This document shows, piece after piece, positions 47,646 to 57,070 of a stretch of 64,000 bases of DNA; position 1 is the first letter of the stretch; every line of letters starts with the position of its first letter. Origin of the DNA: Candidatus Kapaibacterium sp. (GTDB taxonomy: Bacteria > Bacteroidota > Ignavibacteria > Kapaibacteriales > UBA2268); NCBI GenBank assembly GCA_963665665.1, contig OY762428.1, positions 2,880,001 to 2,944,000 of the forward strand, written 5' to 3'. The position numbers and the translations under genes are program-made. A model generated the notes under the pieces. That model was not told the origin of the DNA and made no database searches. It saw only the letters and a list, made by a program, of their open reading frames with translations.

Positions 47646-50600
47646 TTACATACAGTTAGGATCTGGCATTTCATCCACATATCCATGAATATCATTTTTA
47701 GAATGAATTTGTATGTAAACGATTGGAATAATAATCCTTCCAGTTTTATCAATAAAGCCGTATTTCCCATCTTTTGCTACTTTTGCCAGTCCTTTATAAA
47801 AATAATCTGCATAGTCATATTCAACAGGTACTAATACTTTGCCGCTTTTATCTATAAAGCCGTATTTCCCATCTTTTGCTACTTTTGCTAGGCCTTCGCT
47901 GAAAGAAGAGACATGATCATATTCAACAGGTACTATTACTTTACCGCTTTTATCTATAAAACCCCACTTATCACCTTTTCTTACTCTTGCAAAACCTTCA
48001 TGGAAAAAAATGCATCCATCATATTCAACAGGTACTATTACTTTTCCGCTTTTATCAATAAAACCGTATTTCCCATCTTTTTCTACTATTGCTAGGCCTT
48101 CGCTGAAAGAAGAGACATAATTATATTCAGGTACTATTACTTTGCCGCTTTTATCTATAAAACCGTATTTCCCATCTTTTTCTACTATTGCTAGGCCTTC
48201 GCTGAAATAAGAGACATAATTATATTCGAAAGGTACTATTACTTTGCCGCTTTTATCTAAAAAGCCGTATTTGCCATCTTTTTCTACTCGTGCAAGACCT
48301 TCGTTAAAAGAATCGACATAATCATATACAAGGGGTATTACTAGTTTACCCCTTTTGTCTATAAACCCATATTTCCCATCTTTAGAAACTTTCGAAAGCC
48401 CATCGCTGAAACCATAGAAAAACTCATTATCATAATCAAGCGACATAATTTCCTTACCGCCTTTATTTATAATAAATCTTTTCCCATCTTTCATAACTTT
48501 AGCGTAGTCATCTTCATAGAAATGAAATTTTTTATCATATATTAATGGAATTACTACTTTACCGTTTTTATCAACCGATCCCCATTTTCCTTTTTTTTGA
48601 ATTTGAATTAAATCACCATCTCTGAAACAAGAGACTTTATTATATTTCAATGGAATGACAAATTTTCCTTTCTTATTAATAAAGCCTAAACTACTTCCGA
48701 CTTCCACTTCTGCAAGACCGTCGCGGAAAAAATCAATCCAATCATATTCGAAAGGTATTACGACTTTACCACTTTTATCAATAAAGCCATATTTCCCATC
48801 TTTTTTTACTCCTGCAAGACCTTCTCTGAACCAATTTGCATCTTCATATTCGAAAGGTATTACGACTTTACCACTTTTATCAATAAAGCCATATTTCCCA
48901 TCTTTTTTTACTCCTGCAAGACCTTCTCTGAACCAATTTGCATCTTCATATTCGAAAGGTATTACGACTTTACCACTTTTATCAATAAAGCCAAATTTTC
49001 CATCTATTCTTACACTTGCAAGACCTTCTCTGAACCAATATGCTTCTTCATATTCAAATGGAATAATTTCCTGACCATTATTTTTAATATCAATATAACC
49101 CCATTTCTCTGATTTTTTTGCTAGAACAATTCCTTCTGAAAGTGAATTGTATTCTATTCTTTCGTATTCAGGTGGAACTATTGTTTTCCCAGTTCTATCA
49201 ATAAGTCCTCTACCTCCATTTGTTTTTCCTACTTCAAAATATTCATTATATGATCCAGTAATTGAACGATATTTAAAATCAACAACTACTTCACCTAAGC
49301 TGTCAATTATTCCATCATACCCTTTTGTATCTGTTACATGTGCCAAACCATTATGATAATTAAAGGCATTAATATATATAAATGGAATTACGACTTCTCC
49401 TTTTTTATTAATATATCCATACTTTCCATCCTTTTTGACATATGCTAATCCTTCAGAGAAATTTCCCACTGAAGATTTATCATATATAGGTTTATATTTA
49501 GATTCATAAATATCATATTTAATAGGAATGACGACTTTTCCAGTAGAATCTATATATCCGGTTTTACCGTATTTTTCAACCCTAACCAGCCCTTCGTTGT
49601 AGTTACCAATAAAATCATAGTCTAATGGAAAAACTACAGCTCCCGAGGTATCTATATATTTCCATACTCCTTCTTCTTTAACTCTTGCAATGCCTTCTTG
49701 AAAATCACTCACTTCTTCATACTTAGTGGCAATTACACCTTTCCCTGTTGTGTCTATAAACCCCCACCCATTCAAATAACCGCCTTTTGCATGTTTTACT
49801 TTAGCAAAACCATTTTTAAAATTATTAATAATTTCATATTCGACAGGTAATACTTCTTCACCTTTGTTATTTATTATCCCATATCGATAACAACGACCTT
49901 GACAACATATACCTTGAACCCTTGCTAATTTTTGATTTAAAAATTCAATGTTAGAGTAATCAAAACTAAATAACTCATCACCGCTTTTATCAATGAAAGT
50001 CTTTTTTCCACCTATTATTACCTGGGCGATCCCATCACTGAAATCTCCAGCTTCGTCATAATCAAAAGGTATTACAACATTGCCACTCTTGTCAATAAAT
50101 CCACACTTTCCATTTTTTCTCACCTTGGCAAGTTCTTCTGAAAAGTTAAAAGGATAGTCATAAGGGATATAAACCCCGAGAGATTCCAAATTAATAACAA
50201 TATTCCCACTTTTATCTATAAAGCCGTATTTCTCATCCTTATTTACTGCTGCAAGACCTTCATGAAAATTCTCAGCCCTGTCATACTCAAACGGAATGAC
50301 TATTTTACCGGTTTTATCTATAAAGCCATATTTATTTCCTTTACGTACTCGTACAAGATTATCTGAAAATTCCCAAACTGCAGCATATTCAGAATAGAAA
50401 ATGATTTTTCCGTTTTTGTCAATAAAGCCCCACTTATCATCTTTTTTTACTTTTGCCATTCCATTTTTGAAATCATGAGCTCTTTCAAATTCATAAGGAA
50501 TTACTTCATTGCCGCTCTTGTCAATAAAGCCATACTTCCCATCTTTTTCTATAGCAGCTAAATCTTCTGAAAAATCATTGCTTTTATAAAATTTGAAAGA

Positions 50601-51050
50601 TATTAACAACTTTCCTTTTTTATCTATGTATCCTGACTCTTTATTATTATAAACTCTTGCGAGTCCACAACTAAAATCTCTTGCCTCAGTGTATTTTATT
50701 GGAATTACTACTTTGCCGCTTCTATCTATAAAGCCGTAATCACGATCTTTTTTCACTAATGCAAGTTCATCGCTGAAAGATCCGGCCTTATCATATTCTA
50801 AGGGAACAACAATTTCTCCATCATTATTAATAAAGCCCCATTTCCCATTACTACTTACTCTCGCAAGCCCTGAATGAAAATCACCCACAAATTCGAATTC
50901 TTCTCTAAAAGTAAGAAAGACATCTCCATCTTTATCAAGAAAATGGAATTGCCCTTTTCCATCATTTGCAATAAAAGCAATATCTTTATTATTATCACAT
51001 GCAGAGATTAGTATTATCATAAAACTTAAAATAATTGAAATTCTGGTCAT
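47646..51050 (-). CDS. WG (KWG Leptospira) repeat lipoprotein (cargo)
   Basis: Lipobox ISAC; about 30 repeats of F.EGLA.V.KDGKYGFIDKSG.VVIP.EY. Confidence 0.9.
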   Translation of the reverse strand: MTRISIILSFMIILISACDNNKDIAFIANDGKGQFHFLDKDGDVFLTFREEFEFVGDFHSGLARVSSNGKWGFINNDGEIVVPLEYDKAGSFSDELALVKKDRDYGFIDRSGKVVIPIKYTEARDFSCGLARVYNNKESGYIDKKGKLLISFKFYKSNDFSEDLAAIEKDGKYGFIDKSGNEVIPYEFERAHDFKNGMAKVKKDDKWGFIDKNGKIIFYSEYAAVWEFSDNLVRVRKGNKYGFIDKTGKIVIPFEYDRAENFHEGLAAVNKDEKYGFIDKSGNIVINLESLGVYIPYDYPFNFSEELAKVRKNGKCGFIDKSGNVVIPFDYDEAGDFSDGIAQVIIGGKKTFIDKSGDELFSFDYSNIEFLNQKLARVQGICCQGRCYRYGIINNKGEEVLPVEYEIINNFKNGFAKVKHAKGGYLNGWGFIDTTGKGVIATKYEEVSDFQEGIARVKEEGVWKYIDTSGAVVFPLDYDFIGNYNEGLVRVEKYGKTGYIDSTGKVVIPIKYDIYESKYKPIYDKSSVGNFSEGLAYVKKDGKYGYINKKGEVVIPFIYINAFNYHNGLAHVTDTKGYDGIIDSLGEVVVDFKYRSITGSYNEYFEVGKTNGGRGLIDRTGKTIVPPEYERIEYNSLSEGIVLAKKSEKWGYIDIKNNGQEIIPFEYEEAYWFREGLASVRIDGKFGFIDKSGKVVIPFEYEDANWFREGLAGVKKDGKYGFIDKSGKVVIPFEYEDANWFREGLAGVKKDGKYGFIDKSGKVVIPFEYDWIDFFRDGLAEVEVGSSLGFINKKGKFVIPLKYNKVSCFRDGDLIQIQKKGKWGSVDKNGKVVIPLIYDKKFHFYEDDYAKVMKDGKRFIINKGGKEIMSLDYDNEFFYGFSDGLSKVSKDGKYGFIDKRGKLVIPLVYDYVDSFNEGLARVEKDGKYGFLDKSGKVIVPFEYNYVSYFSEGLAIVEKDGKYGFIDKSGKVIVPEYNYVSSFSEGLAIVEKDGKYGFIDKSGKVIVPVEYDGCIFFHEGFARVRKGDKWGFIDKSGKVIVPVEYDHVSSFSEGLAKVAKDGKYGFIDKSGKVLVPVEYDYADYFYKGLAKVAKDGKYGFIDKTGRIIIPIVYIQIHSKNDIHGYVDEMPDPNCM
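48742..48993. repeat. Identical 102-bp tandem duplication inside the WG gene (~2.5 copies)
   Basis: TCATATTCGAAAGG recurs at 48742, 48844 and 48946 with identical intervening sequence. Confidence 0.9.
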
Positions 51051-51120
51051 GATTACCTCAAGGATATTTTCAAAAGTTTTTATTTTCCCTTAATTTACTA
51101 AATATTTGTTAACTCTCAAA

Positions 51121-51176
51121 CACCCAATCCCCACACTGAGTGCATTTCATAATACCCGGTCTTTGATTTGTTTTGC
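51121..51176 (+). promoter_or_regulatory. Putative phage late promoter, copy 6 (modification/packaging operon)
   Basis: CCCACACTGAGTGCATTTCATAATAC-N12-TTGTTTTGC; divergent from copy 5. Confidence 0.72.
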
Positions 51177-51245
51177 AAAGGATTCAGCTAATTCTGGAAA
51201 ATTGATACAGGTTTATAGCTGATTCAGAATAAAAGCAATACAACA

Positions 51246-51959
51246 ATGGACGGTTTTATGAACAGGTTAACACCAAAACAAATCTATAATGAGCTTAGCG
51301 AAGTCTATGACCGGAGCTATGGCAGCAGGATACATGAGCTTGAGGATGATTATATTTACAGCTTCCTTGCTGAACACGGTTTTACAAAAGGCTGTCTTCT
51401 TGATTTAGGTTCCGGTACAGGTTCGATATTAAATCATGTCGGAATCAGGAAAGAAGATTATACCGGAATTGATGTTTCCGACAAGATGATCGAGATCAGC
51501 AAAAAGAAGTTTCCGGGATACAATTTTGCAATCGCTACTATGACCAACCTTCCTTTCGAAGATGAATCATTTGATAATGTCATTTCACTATTCGGCAGTT
51601 TTACATATGCCTATAAGCCCGGCAAAGCAGTTAAGGAACTGGATAGGGTTTTAAAGCCGAACGGTAAGTTCCTGATCATGGCTTGCGGAAAGAAGTACAA
51701 GTACAGGGAATCCTATATCCTGAATAAATTCGATATTGAAAGCCCGGCAAGGTTCTTTTCCAGAGATGAGCTAAAGGATTTATTCTTTGGATTCAGCAAT
51801 GTAAAGATATTCAGCATGACATGGTTAAGTGAAAAGCTTGCTGAAATACTTCCATACCGTTTAGACAGATTATACCACAACTTTGAAACAAAGTATCTAA
51901 GCCGGTTCATTCCCGAACAGTTTTACTTCCACATAATAATAGGACAGAAAGATGCCTAA
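51246..51959 (+). CDS. Class I SAM-dependent methyltransferase
   Basis: LLDLGSGTG, GIDVS..M, LPFEDESFD, RVLKPNG. Confidence 0.88.
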   Translation: MDGFMNRLTPKQIYNELSEVYDRSYGSRIHELEDDYIYSFLAEHGFTKGCLLDLGSGTGSILNHVGIRKEDYTGIDVSDKMIEISKKKFPGYNFAIATMTNLPFEDESFDNVISLFGSFTYAYKPGKAVKELDRVLKPNGKFLIMACGKKYKYRESYILNKFDIESPARFFSRDELKDLFFGFSNVKIFSMTWLSEKLAEILPYRLDRLYHNFETKYLSRFIPEQFYFHIIIGQKDA

Positions 51960-53097
51960 GCATTATAGAATTGAAAATGTATTTGATGCAGCTCTGGACA
52001 GGATGATTAAGCTGTATGAAGATGGTCACAGGGTAGTAGTATCATTCTCTGGTGGCAAGGATTCCGGTATTTGCGTTGAGCTTGCCATTATTGCCGCTAC
52101 TCTAACAAATAAACTACCTGTTGAAGTGGTTATGAGGGATGAGGAAATAATGTATCCCGGAACATTTGAATATGCAGTAAGGATAGCTAATAGACCGGAA
52201 GTTAAGTTCTACTGGTATTATGCAAATCAGCCTATTGTGAATATCTTCAACAGACAGAATCCTTATTTCTGGGTTTTCGATCCGAAGCTGCCACCTGAAA
52301 AATGGGTACGACAACCTCCTGATTTTGCAGTTAAGATACCCGAGCAAAGCATACAGGGATTAATCGGACAGAATAAATTCCCTCCTGCTGAAGGTAAAAA
52401 ACTTATAGCTGTAATTGGACTCAGAACAGATGAATCCATGCTAAGGAAAATGGGTTTGATGTCCAGTAAAGGATATGTCACCAAAGGTAAAAGCTCTTAT
52501 GGAACATATAACGCAAGACCGATTTATGACTGGTCGGACGGGGATGTGTGGAAGGCTATCAGGGATAATAACTGGGATTACAACAAAGCTTATGATGTTA
52601 TGCACAGGCTGGGTATCAGCAGGAATAAGCTTAGAATAGCGCCTCCTACATTAGCAGCTGCAGCTATAGACGGTATGTCTATGGCAGCCAAAGCATGGCC
52701 TCAATGGTTTGATAAAGTATGTCAGAGATTACCCGGGGTAAGGACAGCAAGTATGTTCGGCAGAAGATCAGTTGAACCGATCAGGAAACTCGGGGAATCA
52801 TGGAAAGACTGTTTCCACAGGACTTGTATAGATGAAGCTCCGGATTGGATAGCAGAAAGATCAAGGAAGTTAGCTACCTATGTTTTGATGAACCATAAAA
52901 GGCATTCCACCGAAGCATTTCCGGAAGTTACAAAATGTCCTAAGTGTCAGATGACATCATCATGGAAGAATCTGGCAAAGATCATGTATATGGGGGAACC
53001 TTTCTCCATGAAAGTGAAAGTTGATGTACTGCCTTATGTGGAACCGGAATATTTCAGGGAAGGGGCCGGAACCTGGGGCGGAAAACCCACCTGGTAG
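51952..53097 (+). CDS. PAPS-reductase-family PP-loop protein (IbrA/YbdN-like)
   Basis: VFDAALDR..VVSFSGGKDS, GLRTDES..R, PIYDW..DVW, YN.AYD.M...G. Confidence 0.85.
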   Translation: MPKHYRIENVFDAALDRMIKLYEDGHRVVVSFSGGKDSGICVELAIIAATLTNKLPVEVVMRDEEIMYPGTFEYAVRIANRPEVKFYWYYANQPIVNIFNRQNPYFWVFDPKLPPEKWVRQPPDFAVKIPEQSIQGLIGQNKFPPAEGKKLIAVIGLRTDESMLRKMGLMSSKGYVTKGKSSYGTYNARPIYDWSDGDVWKAIRDNNWDYNKAYDVMHRLGISRNKLRIAPPTLAAAAIDGMSMAAKAWPQWFDKVCQRLPGVRTASMFGRRSVEPIRKLGESWKDCFHRTCIDEAPDWIAERSRKLATYVLMNHKRHSTEAFPEVTKCPKCQMTSSWKNLAKIMYMGEPFSMKVKVDVLPYVEPEYFREGAGTWGGKPTW

Positions 53098-53182
53098 TTG
53101 ATAGTGGACAGTTGAAAGTGGACAGTGAGAAGAGAATAAAAGAAAAAATTAACTATCAACTATCAATTATCAACTTTCAACT
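53096..53182. repeat. Inverted heptamer arrays
   Basis: AGTTGAT AGTGGAC AGTTGAA AGTGGAC AGT ... ACTATCA ACTATCA ATTATCA ACTTTCA ACT. Confidence 0.85.
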
Positions 53183-53254
53183 GAAATTCGGCGTAAATAC
53201 TTGATAAATATAGGTTTACATACAATAATAAAATAGAGTAACCGTCTTAAATAT

Positions 53255-53542
53255 ATGGAACTTACATCATTTATAGAATTCATTGACAGCCAGAAATGGA
53301 TATTTGCAAAGACTTATGCAAATAAAGCTCCTCATTCTTACTGCTTGAAGAAAAACTGTGAGGATATTGAGCGCTTCAATCAGGCTGTACAGTTTATCCG
53401 GGACAACGGAGTCAAAGAATTCTTCTATCGCAAAGCATTCATATACTTTTATCATGACGGTTACAAGTACTGGACTATGGGAGCGCCCATAGCTCAGACA
53501 ATACTAATTAACCGGACAAATGATTTTAGTAAATATGAGTGA
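53255..53542 (+). CDS. Conserved-looking small phage protein
   Basis: WIFAKTY..APHSY and Y..DGYKYWTMG..ILINR aromatic-rich motifs. Confidence 0.7.
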   Translation: MELTSFIEFIDSQKWIFAKTYANKAPHSYCLKKNCEDIERFNQAVQFIRDNGVKEFFYRKAFIYFYHDGYKYWTMGAPIAQTILINRTNDFSKYE

Positions 53543-53547
53543 TTTGA

Positions 53548-54228
53548 ATGAAGACATTTGATGACGGAAAATGGCTCTACGGTGATTCCTGGGAACGTTT
53601 CCCGATAGAGACTGGTCAAGTATGGCGTGCAGGAAATAACGTCGTCTCGGCAAGGGATTTAACTCATTTGGGCAGTCTGAACTTTCTCGGCAGGGCAAAG
53701 TTCGATATGTCCTATATCGATCCTCCCTGGAATACCGGCAATATCAATTCCTTTTACACAAAAGCAGGTTTATCCGAAAGAAAGCAGTTTAACTCATTTA
53801 TTGAGAAACTGATCATTCTTATCAGGAAGCATTCCCCTTATGTGAACTATCTTGAGATGGGAAAACAGAACCTTGAATATGTAAAGGATCTGATCTACAA
53901 GCATAATGGAATAGTCACTAATGTATGGAAGATAAAATACTATCGTAAGCATGATTGCTACCTGATACGGTATTCCTTTACCTATCCGGATATGCTTGAT
54001 TATAACTTTACCGGAATGGATGACGAATTGACTCCCAAGATGGCAATCTTCATGGAAAAGAATGTTGAGAATGTTCTCGATCTCTGTACAGGACGAGGAC
54101 TAACGGGAAGAACAGCCTTTGCACTGGGTAAAGAGTTTTTCGGAATCGAACTGAATAAGAGAAGATTAGCCAATCTGCTTGATTTCTACAGTAAACAAGG
54201 TTTAACCATTAATAAATTGAGAGGATAA
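53548..54228 (+). CDS. Amino-(N6A/N4C)-DNA-methyltransferase-like protein, permuted motif order
   Basis: YIDPPW (motif IV) precedes VLDLCTGRG..FFGIELN..R (motif I). Confidence 0.75.
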   Translation: MKTFDDGKWLYGDSWERFPIETGQVWRAGNNVVSARDLTHLGSLNFLGRAKFDMSYIDPPWNTGNINSFYTKAGLSERKQFNSFIEKLIILIRKHSPYVNYLEMGKQNLEYVKDLIYKHNGIVTNVWKIKYYRKHDCYLIRYSFTYPDMLDYNFTGMDDELTPKMAIFMEKNVENVLDLCTGRGLTGRTAFALGKEFFGIELNKRRLANLLDFYSKQGLTINKLRG

Positions 54229-54229
54229 T

Positions 54230-55099
54230 ATGAGCACTTACAACACAACACCCGAAGCTACACAGAAAGCGGTTTCCGAAAAGATTATCAAAAAAGGTAA
54301 AAAGGAAATTGACAAAAAGAATGTATCACTAGGGGAACTGAAGATTGAATATGTCGGTGTAGATAGCATCAAACCTAATAACTACAATCCTAACAGACAG
54401 AGCGAGCATGATTTTGAACTGCTTCTAAAATCTATGGAAGAGGATGGATTCACACAGCCTATCATTGTTCAGCAAGACACAAAGATGATAGTGGACGGCG
54501 AGCATAGATGGAGGGCAGCATCTACTTTAGGCTATAAGGAAATCCCTGTGGTTTTCGTTGAAATGACACCGGAACAGATGAGGATTGCCACTCTCAGGCA
54601 TAACAGGGCAAGGGGAAGTGAAGACCTGGAACTGTCCGTTCAGGTTTTACGTGACCTTCAGGAACTTGGCGCAATGGACTGGGCACAGGATTCCCTTATG
54701 CTCTCCGATGATGAGATAAACAGGCTTCTTGAAGATATTCCCGTACCGGAAGCATTAGCCAATGAAGATTATAATCAGTCTTGGGAACCTACAGAACTTT
54801 CTGATGAAGATAGCAATGTAAACTCTACAGAAGCAAGGCCTGTTGACGGTTATACTTACGGTGGTGAAATGGTAACTGCTGCATCTTCCAAAGCTGTAGA
54901 TACCATCAAGGAAAGACAGGCTCTGATTGAACAAGCTAAAAATGAAGAAGAAAAGGAAATGGCAAAACAGCAGACAAAACTTTACAGGGTTTCCCTGATA
55001 TTTGCCAATGAGGAAGCAGAGATCATTGAAGGAGTTCTGGGTAAGGAACCTGCCGTTAAACTGCTTGAACTGTGTAAGAAAGAACTGGGTACTGAATAA
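54230..55099 (+). CDS. ParB/Srx-like N-terminal domain protein (IbrB/YbdM-like)
   Basis: PNNYNPN, S..EDGFTQPI, IVDGEHRW, ATLRHNRARG. Confidence 0.88.
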   Translation: MSTYNTTPEATQKAVSEKIIKKGKKEIDKKNVSLGELKIEYVGVDSIKPNNYNPNRQSEHDFELLLKSMEEDGFTQPIIVQQDTKMIVDGEHRWRAASTLGYKEIPVVFVEMTPEQMRIATLRHNRARGSEDLELSVQVLRDLQELGAMDWAQDSLMLSDDEINRLLEDIPVPEALANEDYNQSWEPTELSDEDSNVNSTEARPVDGYTYGGEMVTAASSKAVDTIKERQALIEQAKNEEEKEMAKQQTKLYRVSLIFANEEAEIIEGVLGKEPAVKLLELCKKELGTE

Positions 55100-55785
55100 T
55101 GACCGAAGCTTGGGAAAGGCTACCGGGCGAAACCAACAAAGCTTTTAATGCTTTCTGCATATATCGTGATCTTCGTCAGAACAGAAGTTTTACCAAAGTC
55201 CAGATTCAGCTTGGCAAAAAGAGCAAGTCATACATTGCTTACTGGTCCAAGAAGTATAACTGGATCGAACGGGTCAAGGCTTTTGATGATGACGAAGACC
55301 GCAAGAACAGGATTAAACAGCAGGAGAGCATTCAGAAGATGAACGAGAGGCAAGCCCAGCAGGCAGAGACATTCCAGAGGATATTGTTTCTGCCTGTTAC
55401 TGCTATTTCCGCAAGGCTCAAAAAAGACAGGGATAATAAAACACCAGCAATCGAGGATTTAAATCAGCTTGATACAATTCAGCTTATTGAGATGATTGGT
55501 CAGATGAGCAGGAATTACGGCAATCTTGTAAATATCGAAAGGATTGCACGTGGAGCGCCAACCGAGATCGGTAAAAGCGAGAATACTATAATAGTTCCAA
55601 ACAACATTGCAAAATACGGGGAGATGGTAGCTAATGACGAAAAAGCTACAGAGAAGCTTACTGAATACCTCTTTTGCCTGGGAGACCCTGAAAACGGCAA
55701 GCCCGGCAACGATGGCGATGCACCTGTCGGACGGGAAGTATCTGATAGCTCCTCACATAAACATACTGAACAAGAAACTTCTTGA
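55099..55785 (+). CDS. Terminase small subunit (putative)
   Basis: WERLPGET.KAF.AF..YRD..RS..WS....W.ER..AFD pattern; directly upstream of and overlapping TerL. Confidence 0.75.
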   Translation: MTEAWERLPGETNKAFNAFCIYRDLRQNRSFTKVQIQLGKKSKSYIAYWSKKYNWIERVKAFDDDEDRKNRIKQQESIQKMNERQAQQAETFQRILFLPVTAISARLKKDRDNKTPAIEDLNQLDTIQLIEMIGQMSRNYGNLVNIERIARGAPTEIGKSENTIIVPNNIAKYGEMVANDEKATEKLTEYLFCLGDPENGKPGNDGDAPVGREVSDSSSHKHTEQETS

Positions 55786-57064
55786 TGTAGCCGGAGGAAG
55801 GACTAAGAGGCTTATTGTTAATATGCCTCCAAGACATGGCAAATCCGAGCTTATTTCAAGATATTTTCCGGCATGGTATCTCGGTACTTATCCGGACAGA
55901 AGGATTATTCTTGTTTCGTATGAAGCAGGCTTTGCAGCATCATGGGGAAGAAAAACAAAGGAACTATTGGAAGAGTATGGAGAGGATCTATTCGGTATTA
56001 AGCTTAACAGGCTGTCAAATTCAGCATACCGATGGGATGTGGCAGACCATGAAGGCGGACTGAATGCTACTGGTGTCGGTGGAGCGATTACTGGAAAGGG
56101 AGCAAATGTTCTAATCATTGATGATCCAGTCAAAAACGATGAACAGGCAAACAGTAAAACATATAGGGATAAAACATATGACTGGTTCAGGGCTACGGCA
56201 TATACAAGGCTGGAACCGGGTGGAGCTATAATTGTTATCATGACAAGATGGAACTTCGACGACCTTGCCGGAAGGTTATTGAATGATCCGGATTCTGATG
56301 ATAAATGGGAAGTGATAGATTTTCCGGCAATTGCTAAGGAAGATGATATCCTCGGCAGAAAAGAGGGTGAAGCCTTGTGGCCGTACAGGTATTCACTAAA
56401 GAAACTGCAATCAATAAAGAAGCAGATAGGTTCTTACTGGTTCAATGCTTTGTATCAGCAACAGCCTATAGCTTCGGAATACCAGATATTCAAAAGCCAG
56501 TGGTGGCAGGAATATTTGGATTTGCCGGATTATTCTATTCTAATCCAGTCCTGGGATACAGCTTTTAAAGAAAAGGAACAGAATGACTTCTCGGTTTGTA
56601 CTACTTGGGCTTTAACTAAGAACGGATATTATCTGGTTGATTACTGGAGAGGAAAAGTACTGTTTCCGGACCTGCAAAGGCAGGTTGTAATGCAATATAA
56701 CAAGTACAAACCTAATGTAGTTCTTATTGAGGATGCTGCAAGTGGACAGAGCCTTATTCAGGTTCTGCAGAGGGAAACAAAGATCCCGATCAAGGCAGTG
56801 AAGGCTATGAAAGATAAAGTTACAAGGGCACATCTGGTAACGCCACTATTTGAAGCAGGAAAGATATTCGTTCCAAAGGATGCTGTCTTTCTTGCAGATA
56901 TTATCAATGAATGCTCTGAATTCCCGTATGGCAATCATGATGATATAGTGGATTCAATCACTCAGGCTCTTGATTTCCTGAGAAAGAGGGTAGGTAGTTC
57001 AAAACCAGTAAATCTTATGAAAAATGTTCAGCAAAAAAGAGAGAATTTCTTCACCACTTACTAA
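55634..57064 (+). CDS. Terminase large subunit
   Basis: MPPRHGKS Walker A, ITGKGA..LIIDDP.K, YQQ.P, SWDTA, HDDIVDS; the start may be 55712. Confidence 0.95.
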   Translation: MTKKLQRSLLNTSFAWETLKTASPATMAMHLSDGKYLIAPHINILNKKLLDVAGGRTKRLIVNMPPRHGKSELISRYFPAWYLGTYPDRRIILVSYEAGFAASWGRKTKELLEEYGEDLFGIKLNRLSNSAYRWDVADHEGGLNATGVGGAITGKGANVLIIDDPVKNDEQANSKTYRDKTYDWFRATAYTRLEPGGAIIVIMTRWNFDDLAGRLLNDPDSDDKWEVIDFPAIAKEDDILGRKEGEALWPYRYSLKKLQSIKKQIGSYWFNALYQQQPIASEYQIFKSQWWQEYLDLPDYSILIQSWDTAFKEKEQNDFSVCTTWALTKNGYYLVDYWRGKVLFPDLQRQVVMQYNKYKPNVVLIEDAASGQSLIQVLQRETKIPIKAVKAMKDKVTRAHLVTPLFEAGKIFVPKDAVFLADIINECSEFPYGNHDDIVDSITQALDFLRKRVGSSKPVNLMKNVQQKRENFFTTY

Positions 57065-57070
57065 ATAGCT

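Noticed and set aside
47555-47834. Short ORFs overlapping the 3' end of the WG gene
   Set aside because: Alternative-frame or antisense products of repetitive AT-rich sequence, with no RBS or motif support
24174-51176. The six repeated elements as integron attC sites
   Set aside because: They lack RYYYAAC/GTTRRRY ends and a long hairpin; orientation follows the phage genes rather than the cargo, with fixed spacing to a -7-like box
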